Positions 39,256 to 52,168 of a stretch of 64,000 nucleotides of DNA are shown here, in pieces. A model generated the notes under the pieces. That model was given only the letters and a program-made list of their open reading frames with translations, was not told where the DNA came from and did not search any database. A program made the translations under genes and the position numbers. How positions within the stretch are numbered: position 1 is the stretch's first letter; every line of letters begins with the position of its first letter. Source of the DNA: Zygnema circumcarinatum SAG 698-1b (Eukaryota > Plantae > Zygnematophyceae); assembly GCA_037447605.1 (NCBI GenBank), contig CM074806.1, positions 1,116,001 through 1,180,000 on the forward strand, read 5' to 3'.

Positions 39256-40849
39256 AAAAGGGAGGTTAGATTTGTACCGTGATGAAGTGACAGAAATTCC
39301 ACGTAGCTTGGCACAGCAGAAACCAACGACGTCCAAGCCGAACTGAACGCAAATGATCAACGAACAAAACTATTTATTAAGTCAAGCACGTAAATAAGGC
39401 TGCCGTAACAATGGATTCGGCAAACGCTACCGCTTGTCAAACTACAAATAGAGCAGATACGTATCTGTCAAACACGACACGGTACATTAGAGCTGTTTGT
39501 AATTTTACCAACACGATTACCGTTTCGGGAGTTGTCAACCGAACCATTCAAATCTTTAGCGTGTCCATAGTTTGACAACACAAGCCGTTACGGCTTACCA
39601 ACACATAAATCGTACAAACATCCCGTTTCAAGCATTGTCAACCGACAATCACAATCCTGCGATTACGAAAATCGTACAGAAAAAGACCCACATCCTCGTC
39701 CACAATGATTGTCCAAATACAGCCGTTTCGTGCCAGTACGGTGACCACGACGATTGACCTACCGATTGCCCTCACGTTGTAAATCCTTTGACCGTCAGGT
39801 CTCTTTCACCATTTTCCGGCTACCGTCCGTACAGCCGTTCGTTCAGATTCGCGGACCCACGCATGAGTGGTCCACATGGCACCACTTGATTCGTGAGTCG
39901 CATATCTCGAGGCTACTCCATCTTTTCCGCCGTTTCGTCTGCCGACGCGCGGGCGCGAACAAAAATTGACGGAAAAGGAAAGTTACGAAATTCAACAAGC
40001 CAACCGGTCGGCCGCGCGTCGCATCTGGCGCCGTCAGAGCGCGCTGTTTCCATGAACGACGCCGCCGGGCGAATCGCATCGTATATGCTGCGGGCATGGC
40101 GCTTACACGGTTAGGTCCACTCCGCCGAACGCGGTGGAACCCGCTAGATACCTCTAGCGCTGACACACGACGGTGATCCGCCACGCGGAAAGCTTAACCG
40201 CCACGGCTAGCAAGAGCCACGCGGCGTCTCGCCACTGGCCGCCTCGCCACGGTTATTGTTCCGCTGGCGGCGCCGCTGCTGGTCGGCCGCGCGTCGCATC
40301 TTTGCGCGTCGAAGGTGTCGCATGAACGACGTCACTGGTGGCCGCACCGCGCCCGTCGCGAATTTTGCACCGCTCGACAGCCACTATTGATTCATGATGA
40401 CGCCGTTTCATCCCTCGCCGCGCGAGACACCGCGCAGTCGTGACGCCGCGTGGAGTCAGCGGCCACGCGCGGCCGCCGGGCATTGTCAACCGACAATCAC
40501 AATCCCGCGATTACGAAAAACGTAAAAAAAAGAGAGCCGAAATAGAGCCAAATAGAGCTGTTTTCGCGGCCCCAGACGTGATCGGGCCGACGCACGCTTC
40601 GACATGATCTAAAATCCGCCGCCTTAGAACAAATCGGCGATATCATCTTTCCCCGTTTCTCCACCTCCACCCGAAATTCCATTTACACTCACCGCCTAGC
40701 CTGAAATTGCTGGTGGTGCTGCCGTTTTGTTCGTAATCAGCCAGAATCAAACCTTATGTCGCTATGTTTCTCCGCCGCTCGGCCGGGCCGCAGAATAACC
40801 GCTGCATTTCTTCCTACCAGAGAAACCGAAATGACCGACAAATAATGAT

Positions 40850-41199
40850 TGGTGGAGGAGGAGGAGGAAAGAGGAAGGAGGAGGAAGGAACATGGAGTGT
40901 GGTGAAAGGGAGAATGGTGGAAGGGCGAAGGAAGAAAAAGGAGAGGGTGTTGAGGAAGGAGGAGGAGGAAGGAGGGTGTTGAGGAGGGTGTTGAGGAGGA
41001 AGGCGGAGGAAGGAACATGGAGTGTGGTGAGAGGGAGAATGGTGGAAGGGCGAAGGAAGAAGTTGAAGAGGGTGTTGAGGAAGGATGGAGGCTACTAACT
41101 AACATGTCAGTCAGTCAGTCTGTCAGTCTGTCCGTCTGTCTGTCAGTCAATCAGAAGTCAGTCAGTGTCTGTGACAGTCGATTTTCTGTGTGTGTGAGT

Positions 41200-41272
<73 letters not shown>

Positions 41273-41490
41273 TGTGTGTGTGTGTGTATTTTCGTGTGTG
41301 ACTTTTACAAACAAAAAAGTCAACAAACTAACAAGCCAGTCAGTCAGTCAGTCAGTCGGTCAGTCAGTCAGTCAGTCAGTCAGTCAGTCAGTCAGTCCGT
41401 CTGTCAGTCAGTCATTCAGAAGTCAGTCAGTGTTTGTCAGTCAGTCGGCCAGTCAGTCAGTCAGCTAGGTTGTCCGTCCATAGTCAGTCA
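40850..41490. repeat. Simple/low-complexity block: ~125-bp purine-rich duplication, (AGTC)n and (TG)n
   Basis: GAGGAAGGAACATGGAGTGTGGTGA at ~40880 and ~41005; TG run 41185-41285; AGTC runs 41105-41165 and 41335-41465. Confidence 0.85.
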
Positions 41491-41676
41491 GTCCTCTGGA
41501 CTTAAAAGATTTTACAGTCCTCTGGACTTTAAAGAGAAATCGCTGGAAATCGCTGGAAATTTTGAAAAGCTGGAAATTTTAAAATCCTGGACATCTGGAA
41601 ATTTGGACATTTCGCAGTTTTGAAAATTACCAAAAAAAAAAAAAAATGATAAAAATGACATCATGATGTACATAAC

Positions 41677-42037
41677 GTTCGTACTTACGCTTGACTTATG
41701 TGTTTTATAGCAAATAACCATGGACAGATTTCGGAAGGACCCGGTCCTGGAGATGACGATGTTCAAAAAGATCGAGAAAATTTCGGAAACATAAGATCAT
41801 GATGAAAAAAGGTTCGTACTTACGCTCACACTCTTGCATTGTATAGCAAATAACCCTGGAAAGATTTCGGAAGGACCCGGTCCTGGATATAGCGATGTTC
41901 GAAAAGATCGAAAAAATTTCGGAAACATAAGATCTTCATGAAAAAAGGTCCGTACTTACGCTCACACCCATGTATTGTATAGCAAATAACCCTGGAAAGA
42001 TTTCGGAAGGACCCGGTCCTGGATATGGTGATGTTCG
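41677..42037. repeat. ~135-bp tandem repeat, ~2.6 copies
   Basis: GT(T/C)CGTACTTACGCT at 41677, ~41812, ~41948, each followed by TATAGCAAATAACC...GATTTCGGAAGGACCCGGTCCTGGA. Confidence 0.85.
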
Positions 42038-42117
42038 CATTCTTTACATTTTCTTCATCATTTTCTTCATCTTTTTCTTCATCATTTTCTGATTTTTTTT
42101 TTTTTTTTTTCATTTTT

Positions 42118-42167
<50 letters not shown>

Positions 42168-42185
42168 TGTGTGTGTGTGGGTGAA

Positions 42186-42218
<33 letters not shown>

Positions 42219-42457
42219 GAGTATTTTCGTGTGTGACTTTTACAAACAAAAAAAAAAAAAACAAAAAATCAAACTAATAAATACAACATGAGGCCACATG
42301 TTGTAATATTTAGATTGATTATGTTTTTTTTTTCTTTTTCTGTGAGTGTGAATGTGAGTGTGTGTGTGTATGTGTGTGTGTGTATGTGAGAGAGAGAGTG
42401 TGTGTGTGTGGGTGAATGTGTGTGTGTGTGTGTGAGTGTGTGTGTGGGCGTGTGTGT

Positions 42458-45400
42458 TGTTGGAGCATGGATCTGCTCGCTGCTCCCGGCGCCACCTCGC
42501 GTGTCGCCCTCCATTGGAACTCCGGTTCCCACCGATGAAGACATCTTCACTCTCTCTCACTCTATCTCACTTCACTCATAGCCCATAACTCACAGAATGA
42601 ACGCAGAGACGAGCACAGCGGAAATCACACACGAGAGAGTATAGGAGAAAGCTCACGGCTCTAAAACTCCTTTATAATAAGAATGTCACCCACATGAAGT
42701 TCTCCCCCTCTCACTAGCTACTTCTCCCCTTACTCACTACCTTGCGACACAAGCAGGGCAGCCCAGCAACACGAGCAGGCACAGAATAAGTCACGGGAAT
42801 ACAGTAGTCTAATGTGGTTATCCTTCATAACAAAGCTAAACCCTATATACCGCCATGGCCGTGTTACGTGACATCTTCCTTGTTGACCGATGTCACGTCA
42901 CGGCCGCCCTCATGCGTTCAGCAGCCAGGTACGCGTTCAACAGCCAGCATTGCGGTCTTTCGTAAACCTACGCCAGTACCGACCTAGTCAGGTCGTCCGT
43001 ACAGTTCCGCCGCCCATCCGAGCTCGTTGTCCGTCCGAGCGCGAATCTTCCGCCGCCCGTCCGTACGCGTCCGCCGCCCGCGCGCGCATGTTCGATTCGC
43101 GCGCGCCGTACACATTCGCGCCGTCCGCGACAAAAAACTCCGTCGTCGCATTTCCGCGCCGTTCACATCTGTCCACGTGGCTGCTGACTCGGTCCCCTTC
43201 GCAGTTGACCTCGTCAGAGTCCGCGGACCGCACTAAGGGTCTGACGCGGTTTCGCCGACATCACCGACATCCTCCGCGCCCGAAAAGCGTACGGGCCACC
43301 GACATTTGGCCCGACCATATTCCCTAGGACACCTACTAGCAGATCTCATGTTTCCCAACTGAGGACCACAACAATGTTAGTGTGAACCCATACTATGTCT
43401 AACTATAGCACACTAACACTAACAATCCCCCTCTTGGGACTCAGTTCCTCATGGGCCCTAGCCCAATGAGTCTGCTATTCACTAGTAGCGTCTCACCACT
43501 AACTCCCTTAGTCAACATATCCGCAGCCTGCTCCTTCGTCCCCACGAACTTCACAACAATCATCCCCTCCTCTACTAATTCTCGCACATAATGGTATTGT
43601 ACTCTAATGTGCTTTGTCCTCTTATGAAACACAGGGTTTTCAACAAGAGCTATGGACGACTGATTATCCGTGAACAAAGTCAAGGGACGTTGTGGCCTCT
43701 TACACTCATCAAAGAAATGTTGGAACCAAACTCCCTCCTTCGCTGCGTGACATGCTCCCATGTACTCGCCTTCGGTGCTAGACAACGCAACCGAATCCTG
43801 TAGCTTCGAGCTCCATGAGATCGCTCCACCTGCGTTCAGGTAAACAAATCCGGAGGTCGTGTTGTACGGGACTAGAGGCCGTACAACGTTTGGCGTGTAG
43901 TCTCTAGCGGATAATGAACTAGACGCGAACATGAAGCGACAAGGCTGGTCGCGCGACCAATGTGACGCGATAAGTTCTGGGACCGTGACATGACGAAACG
44001 GAGTATCGGCGCGCCCGGGGCGACGCGACGATATGTCGCGCGGACGACACTTTTCGGTCGCACAGACGCAGGCGCGCGCGCGGGCNNNNNNNNNNACAAG
44101 CCGGTCCACAGGACGCTGTCACGTAGCTTAGTCGTAGGAAGTATATAGAGAGTAGCATTCCTCAGAGTAACTAACCTCATACCACATGCCAATGGGGGTG
44201 TGTAGCGAGTTGAGGCCGAGCCTGTAGTTAAGAAGAGGAGTAGTGCTGCCAGTCTTGGGAAAAAGAGAGTGGGGTAGTGCAAGCTGCATTAAGCGGCCAG
44301 GGGCTGCTTGAATCTGTTGTACTTCACCTCCAAAGAAAATCAGAGTTTTATGCCCGGTGGGGCTTTCTCTATCTTGACGTCTCTTGTCTTGCATCTGTCT
44401 TGAGCTTTCCTTTCGCGAACAGCTGCTGCGAAGATGTCTACGACTCAAGAGCCGAGTGGAGGCGACTCTGTCGAGGGTGGTTCCACCATGGAATTACCAA
44501 CAGGTCGATCGCGATGTGTCCACGTCACCTCCCCAGTCAGAGTCGGTGTATCCGATCACTCTGTTCGGCCCTCTCTCGTAACGAAGTCCGTACTCCAGGG
44601 TCCCCCGTACGAACCGAAAGATTCGCTTTACGGCCTCCCAATGCTCAGGGCCGGGATTCTCCATGAACCGACTTGCGGCGCTCACAGCCTTCGCCAAGTC
44701 CGGTCGGGTACCAATCATTAGGTACATTAAACTTCCGATAGCAGATCTGTACGGCACTCCGTACNNNNNNNNNNGTTGAAGAAAATTCCGGGAACAAATC
44801 CCGGAGGCATCCTTGCCCTCATCGCGTCTCTCTCGGCCATCTCCAAGTCCTCAGACTCCTGCCCGTGCAAAGGTACAGTTTCGACCGAGTCTTCCTCATC
44901 CGACAGGTGAGTGTGTAGTGGGGCCGTCTCCGTCGATTTCTCCGGCTCCCCCGCTTGCGGCACTTCGGGTTCGACTCCCGCCTCCGCCTCGACGTTCGGC
45001 ATTGCTCCCGAGTCAGCTCCTTCGCTCTCCGGCATGCTGATCTCCTCCAAAGCCGGGACCTGAGAGGCTTCAACGCCTTCTCCGCTGGTCTCCACGTCCT
45101 CATACACAATCTCCAATCCTGCCTTTTGGGGCTGGGTCTCACCTAGCCGTGTCACCGCCCCTTTCTCGTCCACCGTGATGTCCCTCGAGCTCTGCACTTC
45201 CTTCGCTCGCGGGTTCCAAATCCTGTAGGTGCGACTGTCCATGTTGTAGCGGTATATCCTTCAGCATTTCATGGTCAAGCTTCCTCTTGTCTCGCCGCGG
45301 CCTTTGTCGACCGGCGGCGCTCCGAAGCAACCAGTGGGAAACCGTGGGCTTTCTCCACTCCACACCTCCTCAGGAACCTGATCCTTGAGCACAGAAGATG

Positions 45401-48400
45401 GGCATCTATTCCTAAGGTAAGCTGCGGTCATCACCGCCTCTCCCCAGAAAGAAGCCGGGAAGGGGGAATCTATGAGCATGGTCCGCGCCATGTCCCCAAC
45501 GTCTGACCCACCCGCGCTACGGCGGCGGCTCCGTACTTTGGGGAGTAGGGAGGCAGAGAATTCATGCCTAATTCCACGAGTCTTGAGGTACTCGCCGAAC
45601 TCCTTCGACTTGAACTCCCCTTTGTTGTCCGAGCACAGAGTCTTCAGTTTCTGTCTGCTCTCTCGCTCCATCTGAGTCTGCCAATCTCTGAAGGCTTCTG
45701 AAAGCCTCAGACTTGTTCTTGAGAATTTTCACCCAAATTTTCCTGTCGAGAAATGTGATGAAGTACCGAGCTCCTCCACTCGTTGCCGGTGTCACGGGGC
45801 CACAAAGGTCGGTGTGAACCAACTCCAGTTTCTCCTGCGCATGGTACGCCTCCTCTCCACTCCTCGCGAATGGTTTCCGATGCGCCTTCCCCTCTACACA
45901 CTCCTTGCAAATACCGAGCTCCTTCTCCACGACATCTACATCTAACCCATGGACCAGCCCCTTAGCAGCAAGCTGTTGCAACCCTCGATGGTTAAGATGT
46001 CCAAGTCTACGATGCCAAAGATTTATGGCAGTTTTAGCCACAGCCATCACATCTTCATCCTCTGTCCTTCTATAATGAAGATAATACAGGCCTCCCTTCT
46101 CATATCCCTCAAACAGCCGCTTCCCCGTCACTGCGTGAGTAGCTACACAAAACTTCTCCTTGAACGTGATCTCGTACCCCCTCTTACACACCTGGCTAAC
46201 AGACATGAAGTTCTGTTTCAGCTCGGGGGTGTGGAGTACATCACCGATACACAAACGATCCTCCCTCTCCTCTTCGTAGATGACAGAGCCGTCTCCGAGA
46301 ATCATCTTGACTACTCCACCCTTCGTGACTGTCACTCCCTCTCCGGTTGCCGAGTGAACGGATCGAGTCCTCTCTAGCGTGTCCAGCGTGGAGAACATCT
46401 GCTTGTCGCCACACATGTGTGTGGAAGCGTCTGAATCGATCAACCACGGCCGCTTCAGATCCTAAACCTGGATCTTCCCAACAAAGTCAGAATTTTCGGG
46501 CCTTTCAGCCATCATCAGATTGGTCTCATTCGACCCTCTGCATTCGGTGCTCTTGTGACCTCACTTCTTGCACTTGAAGCAGATCCCCTTGAAGCCTTTC
46601 TTCTCCTTCTTGCCGAATGCCGGCGCACCTCCTCCTCCCCGATCTTAGGGACNNNNNNNNNNAGAGAATTCATGCCTAATTCCACGAGTCTTGAGGTACT
46701 CGCCGAACTCCTTCGACTTGAACTCCCCTTTGTTGTCCGAGCACAGAGTCTTCAGTTTCTGTCTGCTCTCTCGCTCCATCTGAGTCTGCCAATCTCTGAA
46801 GGCTTTTGAAAGCCTCAGACTTGTTCTTGAGAATTTTCACCCAAATTTTCCTGTCGAGAAATGTGATGAAGTACCGAGCTCCTCCACTCGTTGCCGGTGT
46901 CACGGGGCCACAAAGGTCGGTGTGAACCAACTCCAGTTTCTCCTGCGCATGGTACGCCTCCTCTCCACTCCTCGCGAATGGTTTCCGATGCGCCTTCCCC
47001 TCTACACACTCCTTGCAAATACCGAGCTCCTTCTCCACGACATCTACATCTAACCCATGGACCAGCCCCTTAGCAGCAAGCTGTTGCAACCCTCGATGGT
47101 TAAGATGTCCAAGTCTACGATGCCAAAGATTTATGGCAGTTTTAGCCACAGCCATCACATCTTCATCCTCTGTCCTTCTATAATGAAGATAATACAGGCC
47201 TCCCTTCTCATATCCCTCAAACAGCCGCTTCCCCGTCACTGCGTGAGTAGCTACACAAAACTTCTCCTTGAACGTGATCTCGTACCCCCTCTTACACACC
47301 TGGCTAACAGACATGAAGTTCTGTTTCAGCTCGGGGGTGTGGAGTACATCACCGATACACAAACGATCCTCCCTCTCCTCTTCGTAGATGACAGAGCCGT
47401 CTCCGAGAATCATCTTGACTACTCCACCCTTCGTGACTGTCACTCCCTCTCCGGTTGCCGAGTGAACGGATCGAGTCCTCTCTAGCGTGTCCAGCGTGGA
47501 GAACATCTGCTTGTCGCCACACATGTGTGTGGAAGCGTCTGAATCGATCAACCACGGCCGCTTCAGATCCTAAACCTGGATCTTCCCAACAAAGTCAGAA
47601 TTTTCGGGCCTTTCAGCCATCATCAGATTGGTCTCATTCGACCCTCTGCATTCGGTGCTCTTGTGACCTCACTTCTTGCACTTGAAGCAGATCCCCTTGA
47701 AGCCTTTCTTCTCCTTCTTGCCGAATGCCGGCGCACCTCCTCCTCCCCGATCTTAGGGACNNNNNNNNNNCTTCTTGCACTTGAAGCAGATCCCCTTGAA
47801 GCCTTTCTTCTCCTTCTTGCCGAATGCCGGCGCGCCTCCTCCTCCCCGATCTTGGGGACTCTTGTTCGCCCCTTAGCGATGCACGCGGTAGTGGCGATCT
47901 TGCCACCGCGTGTAACGCTCAGCAGTCGTTCTCTCGGTCGACCCGGCGCACCTCCTCGCCGGTCTTATGGTAGTCACGGCGCTAGCACCTTCTCCTCGGT
48001 GCTCCCGGTGTCTTGGACGGTGTCCTCCTCCTTGATCCTCCGCTTCACTTGCTCAAGGGTCATTTTAGGAGTTCGTTAGGGCAGGTCCTAGCGGCTACTT
48101 GTGCTACATCAAATCAGAGGTCAATCCCCTAGGCGTGATCGCATGGTCACTCTCTAGCGGTTTACTGGCCAGAGCTATGAACCTCTCCATCAAGGTATCA
48201 GAAGCGACCATATATTCACTGTTTCTCATCAGTCATCTTCATCTTCCCAAGCTGCGTGTAAAGACTCACTATCGTAACGTTATCCTTTACATCATACATC
48301 TCTTCTAAGCACCTCCACATGGCATGTGAGGTCTTGAGATCATACAGCATGGACGAAGGACTTCCCCTCACACTCATGGCGTCTGGGTGGCGCTTTGTTG

Positions 48401-49609
48401 TCCTTGGCTCCATCTGGCCCGGCGCCACTTAGATGTTCAGCTTCTTTTGCTCCGTCGTGAAAAACCACTCCATTGCACGGTGCCTTGATGAATTGCGTTG
48501 GCGTGCCCCAACAGTCCCCTTGCCCCACGAGCAAAGGAACCAGCCGCCATCTCCACCCCTTGTAGTCTTGACCGTCGAATGCGGGAATGCTGAACTTCAC
48601 GTGGTCCTCGTCGCCACCATTGGCTCTGATACCACTTGTTGGAGCATGGATCTGCTCGCTGCTCCCGGCGCCACCTCGCGTGTCGCCCTCCATTGGAACT
48701 CCGGTTCCCACCGATGAAGACATCTTAACTCTCTCAGCTCTATCTCACTTCATTCATCGCCCATAACTCACAGAATGAACCCAGAGACAAGCACAGTGGA
48801 AATAACACACGAGAGAGTATAGGAGAAAAGCTCCACGGCTCTAAAACTCCTTTATAATAAGAATGTCACCCACATGAAGTTCTCCCCTCTCACTAGCTAC
48901 TTCTCCCCTTACTCATACCCTTGCGACCTGGCGGGGCGGCCCAACAACCGGCGGTACGAGGAATAAGTCACTTGGGACTGGTAGGCTAATGTGGGTATCC
49001 TTCATAACAAAGCTAAACCCTATATACGCCATGGCGTGTGCGTGACATCTTCCTTGTTGACCGATGTCGCGTCCGCGGCCACTTCCCTCATCGTTGGCGG
49101 CCGAATGCGTTCAGCATCGACTGCGGTCTTTCGCAAACCTACGCCCGGCTTACCGACCCTGGTCAGTCGTCAGAATGCTGATCCGCCGCCCATCGAACTT
49201 GTCGTCCGTTCGGCCTTGAACTTCGCTACGCCCGCGTCGATGCAGCGTCCGCGCCAGCCCATCTTATATTGCGTTTAGCGCACACATTTTATTCAGCGCC
49301 CGTCGCGGCGAAAATCTCCGTCGTCGCATTTCAGCGCCCGTTCACACTTATCCGGCGTGGCTCTTTGACTTCGGTCTCCTCCGTAGTTGGTGACCTGCGT
49401 CGGTTCAGCGGACCGCACTAAGGGACTGACGCGTTTCCGCCGACATCACCGACATCCTCCGCGCCCGAAAAGCGTACGGGCCACCGACATTTGGTTCGAC
49501 CGTATTTCCTAGGAACACTACTAGCAGATCTCATGTTTCCCAACTGAGGACCACAACAATGTTAGTGTGAACCCGTACAATGTCTAACTATAGCACACTA
49601 ACACTAACA
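42458..49609 (-). mobile_element. Ty1/copia LTR retrotransposon, degraded and assembled across several N gaps
   Basis: LTRs 48637-49609 and 42458-43424 (TG...CA); PBS TGGTATCAGAGCC; PPT AAGAGGGGGAT; TGTGT flanks; gag (IPAFDGQDYKGWRW, CFKCKK*GHKSTEC), protease (IDSDASTHM), integrase (LWHRRLGH, ELVHTDLCGP), RT end (PYRSAIGSLMYL...RPDL), RNaseH (ISWSSKLQ...SSTEGEY...DNQSSI...KRTKHI) in copia order, with stops and frameshifts. Confidence 0.95.
43860..44502. mobile_element. Nested solo LTR (or gap-collapsed LTR element) inserted in the copia RT/RNaseH region
   Basis: Termini TGTTG...CAACA, 5-bp TSD GGTCG (43855-43859, 44503-44507); removing it restores SRST|SGFVYL; contains a 10-N gap. Confidence 0.85.
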
Positions 49610-49814
49610 TGTGTGAGTGTGTGTGTGTTTGTGTGTGTGTTTTTTTGTGTGTGACTTTTACAAACAAAAAAACAAAAAACAAAATATCAAACTAATATAT
49701 ACAACATGAGGCCACATGTTGTAATATTTAGATGATTGTGTTTTATCACACACAAAGCGCAAGACGGAATATTGGCACATTAAATAGAGCAGACTGATAT
49801 TATTAGTTTTCAGT

Positions 49815-50140
49815 TTTTCCCATTTTAGGGCTACGTGGCAACACCTGACTGGATAACAGACATCCAAAAACACACTACATCACCAACGTGGCAATTTCTG
49901 ACTGGATAAGAATTATAACTTATTCAGTTCGTGCTCATGTTGTAATATTTAGATTGATTTTTTATTTTTGTTAAAAACCACACACAATTTGCGAAAACAG
50001 AATGAGGCGTACTCATTCTGTTTTCACCGGACTATGTCTGATTTTCATTTTGGGGCTACGTGGCAACACCTGACTGGATAACAGACATTCAAAAACACAC
50101 TACATTTCCAAGGTGGCAATTTTTGACTGGATAAGAAGTA
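49815..50140. repeat. ~225-bp period duplication
   Basis: GGGCTACGTGGCAACACCTGACTGGATAACAGACAT.CAAAAACACACTACAT at ~49828 and ~50052. Confidence 0.75.
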
Positions 50141-50164
50141 TAACAGATTCCGTTCGTGCTAACA

Positions 50165-50685
50165 AATAGGAATGCACCACGTGGCCACTTTAAACACTCT
50201 GCGCAAATACCCTATTTACAACAATACGTCCCGTAAAACATTCAAACCAAAAACTGTCGTACACAGAAAAAGACACGTGGCAATGACAAAATCAGTACGC
50301 GATATACCCCATTTTCTACGCATTCGATCCGACGAAACGCACAACCAATCAGAACGCGCGACGTGGCAACGTCAGACTCGCGGAAATTATACCCCAATTT
50401 CATTCAATTCATCCTTCACAACCTAACCGAATCCGTATGCCACATAAAACACGCCGTCGTACGTACAAAGTGACACGTGGCAATGACAGAATAAGTACGC
50501 GATCTACCCCATTTTCGGCGCATTCGATCCAACGAAAAGCACAACCAGTAAGGACGCGCAACGTGGCAAAGTCAGACTCGCGGCAACTATACCCCATTTT
50601 CATTAAATTAATCTTTGACAACATAATCGAACCCGTCGTACGGATCAAAACGACCGCAAAGCTTTTGCCTACGGCAACGCAAAAA
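50165..50685. repeat. ~515-bp dispersed repeat, copy 2 (uninterrupted)
   Basis: Direct-orientation homolog of 37800-38040 plus 38960-39255. Confidence 0.8.
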
Positions 50686-50806
50686 TCCGTTTCTGGTCGC
50701 CGCACGTCCTTTCCGGCGCCTCGTTTGGGTCCGAACAAAATCGTGCGAAGAAGTGTCCTTCCTTTTCAGTAAACCGCGGGTCAATCTTCGCAACATTGAC
50801 CCATTA

Positions 50807-52168
50807 GGGGGAGTCAGACCTTGTCCATCGCCAAACCAATTCCGCGAGCCCGTCGGGCCAATTCCGCGTTGTACGGCAGGCCTTTTCCGCCAAAAGTGGA
50901 CGTTCGACAGGCTCGGGCGCCGCGAATTCAAGAGAGCAATTATTTTAGGGTAGTGATATTTCCACCCCTTTTTTGGATCCAAACACCCCTTCCCGGCCGG
51001 GCAGATTTCAAAAAGGATTAAAAACGGAAAATGCTTTTTTCACACCTTTTTGGAATCGATACCCACCCTCCATCGGCAGATTGTATTTTTGCGAAACAAA
51101 GAAAATAATAACCCGTCACTCCATTTGAATATCCCGCCTACGTGATTTTTTTTTTTCGCGTGCGGTCAATCGCAGCCGTCGATTCCCTCGCAGATCGCAA
51201 CGAGGCAGATCACTATTTGATCTGCAGCCGGGCTCGGTCAGAGCGAATGGCACGGGCCCACGTATCCCGCCAAAGTCGTCTCAAAAATTGTCCGTACACA
51301 TGTGGTACGGTCGTACCAAAATTTTTGTACATTGAGAGTTTGGACCAATCAAAAATTTCCACGTCAGAAATTTAACACGTGGTAAATGTTGATTGGCTGG
51401 GAGCTGACAGTAGAACAAGATCTCGGGCCGAGGTACGCGCGCACTCGCACGTGCGATCCGGCTTTGACGGGACTCGTGGGCGCTTTCCATTCGCTGAGAT
51501 CAAGCCCGGCTGCAGATCGAACGGTGATCTGCAGTGGTAAGATCTGCGAGGGAATCGACAGCTGCGATTGACAAACACGTGTGAAGGACTGACACCCGCG
51601 AACGATCTCGTGCCGGACGGATCTTCCGCCCCGAGCGGATTCGGGCAGGCAGATATTTCTTTCCCTCAAAAATAAAATTCAGGGAGGCGGGATACAGTAT
51701 TCAAAATGCGGTGACGGGGTATCATTTTCCCTGGTTAGCAAAAATAAAATCAGCCGACGGAAGAAGGTGGGTATCGATTCCAAAAAGGTGTGAAAAAAGC
51801 ATTTTCCTTTTTTAATCCCTTTTGAAAGCTGCCCGGCCGGGAAGGGGTGTTTGGATCCAAAAAAGGGGTGGAAATATCACTACCCTTATTTTACCTTTGT
51901 ATCACCGGGCCAGGTTTGACTCCCCCCTTTTCACCCCCCCGCGCTCCCTCCGCCGCCCGCCGCCCGCCGCCCTCCGTTTTGTCGCCACGCGCGCCTCACA
52001 CTTGCGAGAGGCGCTCGCACGTGCGTGACGCGCATGGCGACAAGGCGGGGCACGATTCCTCATCGGGGGGAGCCGTGGTTTCCGACCCGAATTCGGAAAT
52101 CGAAATCAATACCTTTCCGCCGGCGAAATCTTTCAATTCCGCGGGCGATGGTCAAGGTCTGACTCCCC
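50807..52168. mobile_element. GGGGGAGTCAGAC-ended TIR element, TA-flanked, carrying a nested MITE
   Basis: TA|GGGGGAGTCAGACCTTGTCCATCGCC at 50807 and GGCGATGGTCAAGGTCTGACTCCCCC|TA ending 52168; extra internal end-like motif at ~51907-51926. Confidence 0.75.
50948..51885. mobile_element. Foldback MITE, copy 2, opposite orientation to 38041-38959
   Basis: Same GGGTAGTG...CACTACCC termini; 8-bp TSD TTATTTTA. Confidence 0.9.

Noticed and set aside
40737-42560. ORFs with VC/HT/SQSV repeats
   Set aside because: Translations of (TG)n and (AGTC)n microsatellites.
45566-47860. Tandem duplication of the protease-integrase region (two near-identical 291-aa ORFs)
   Set aside because: The copies are almost identical and bounded by 10-N gaps with overlapping contig ends; most likely a scaffolding artefact.
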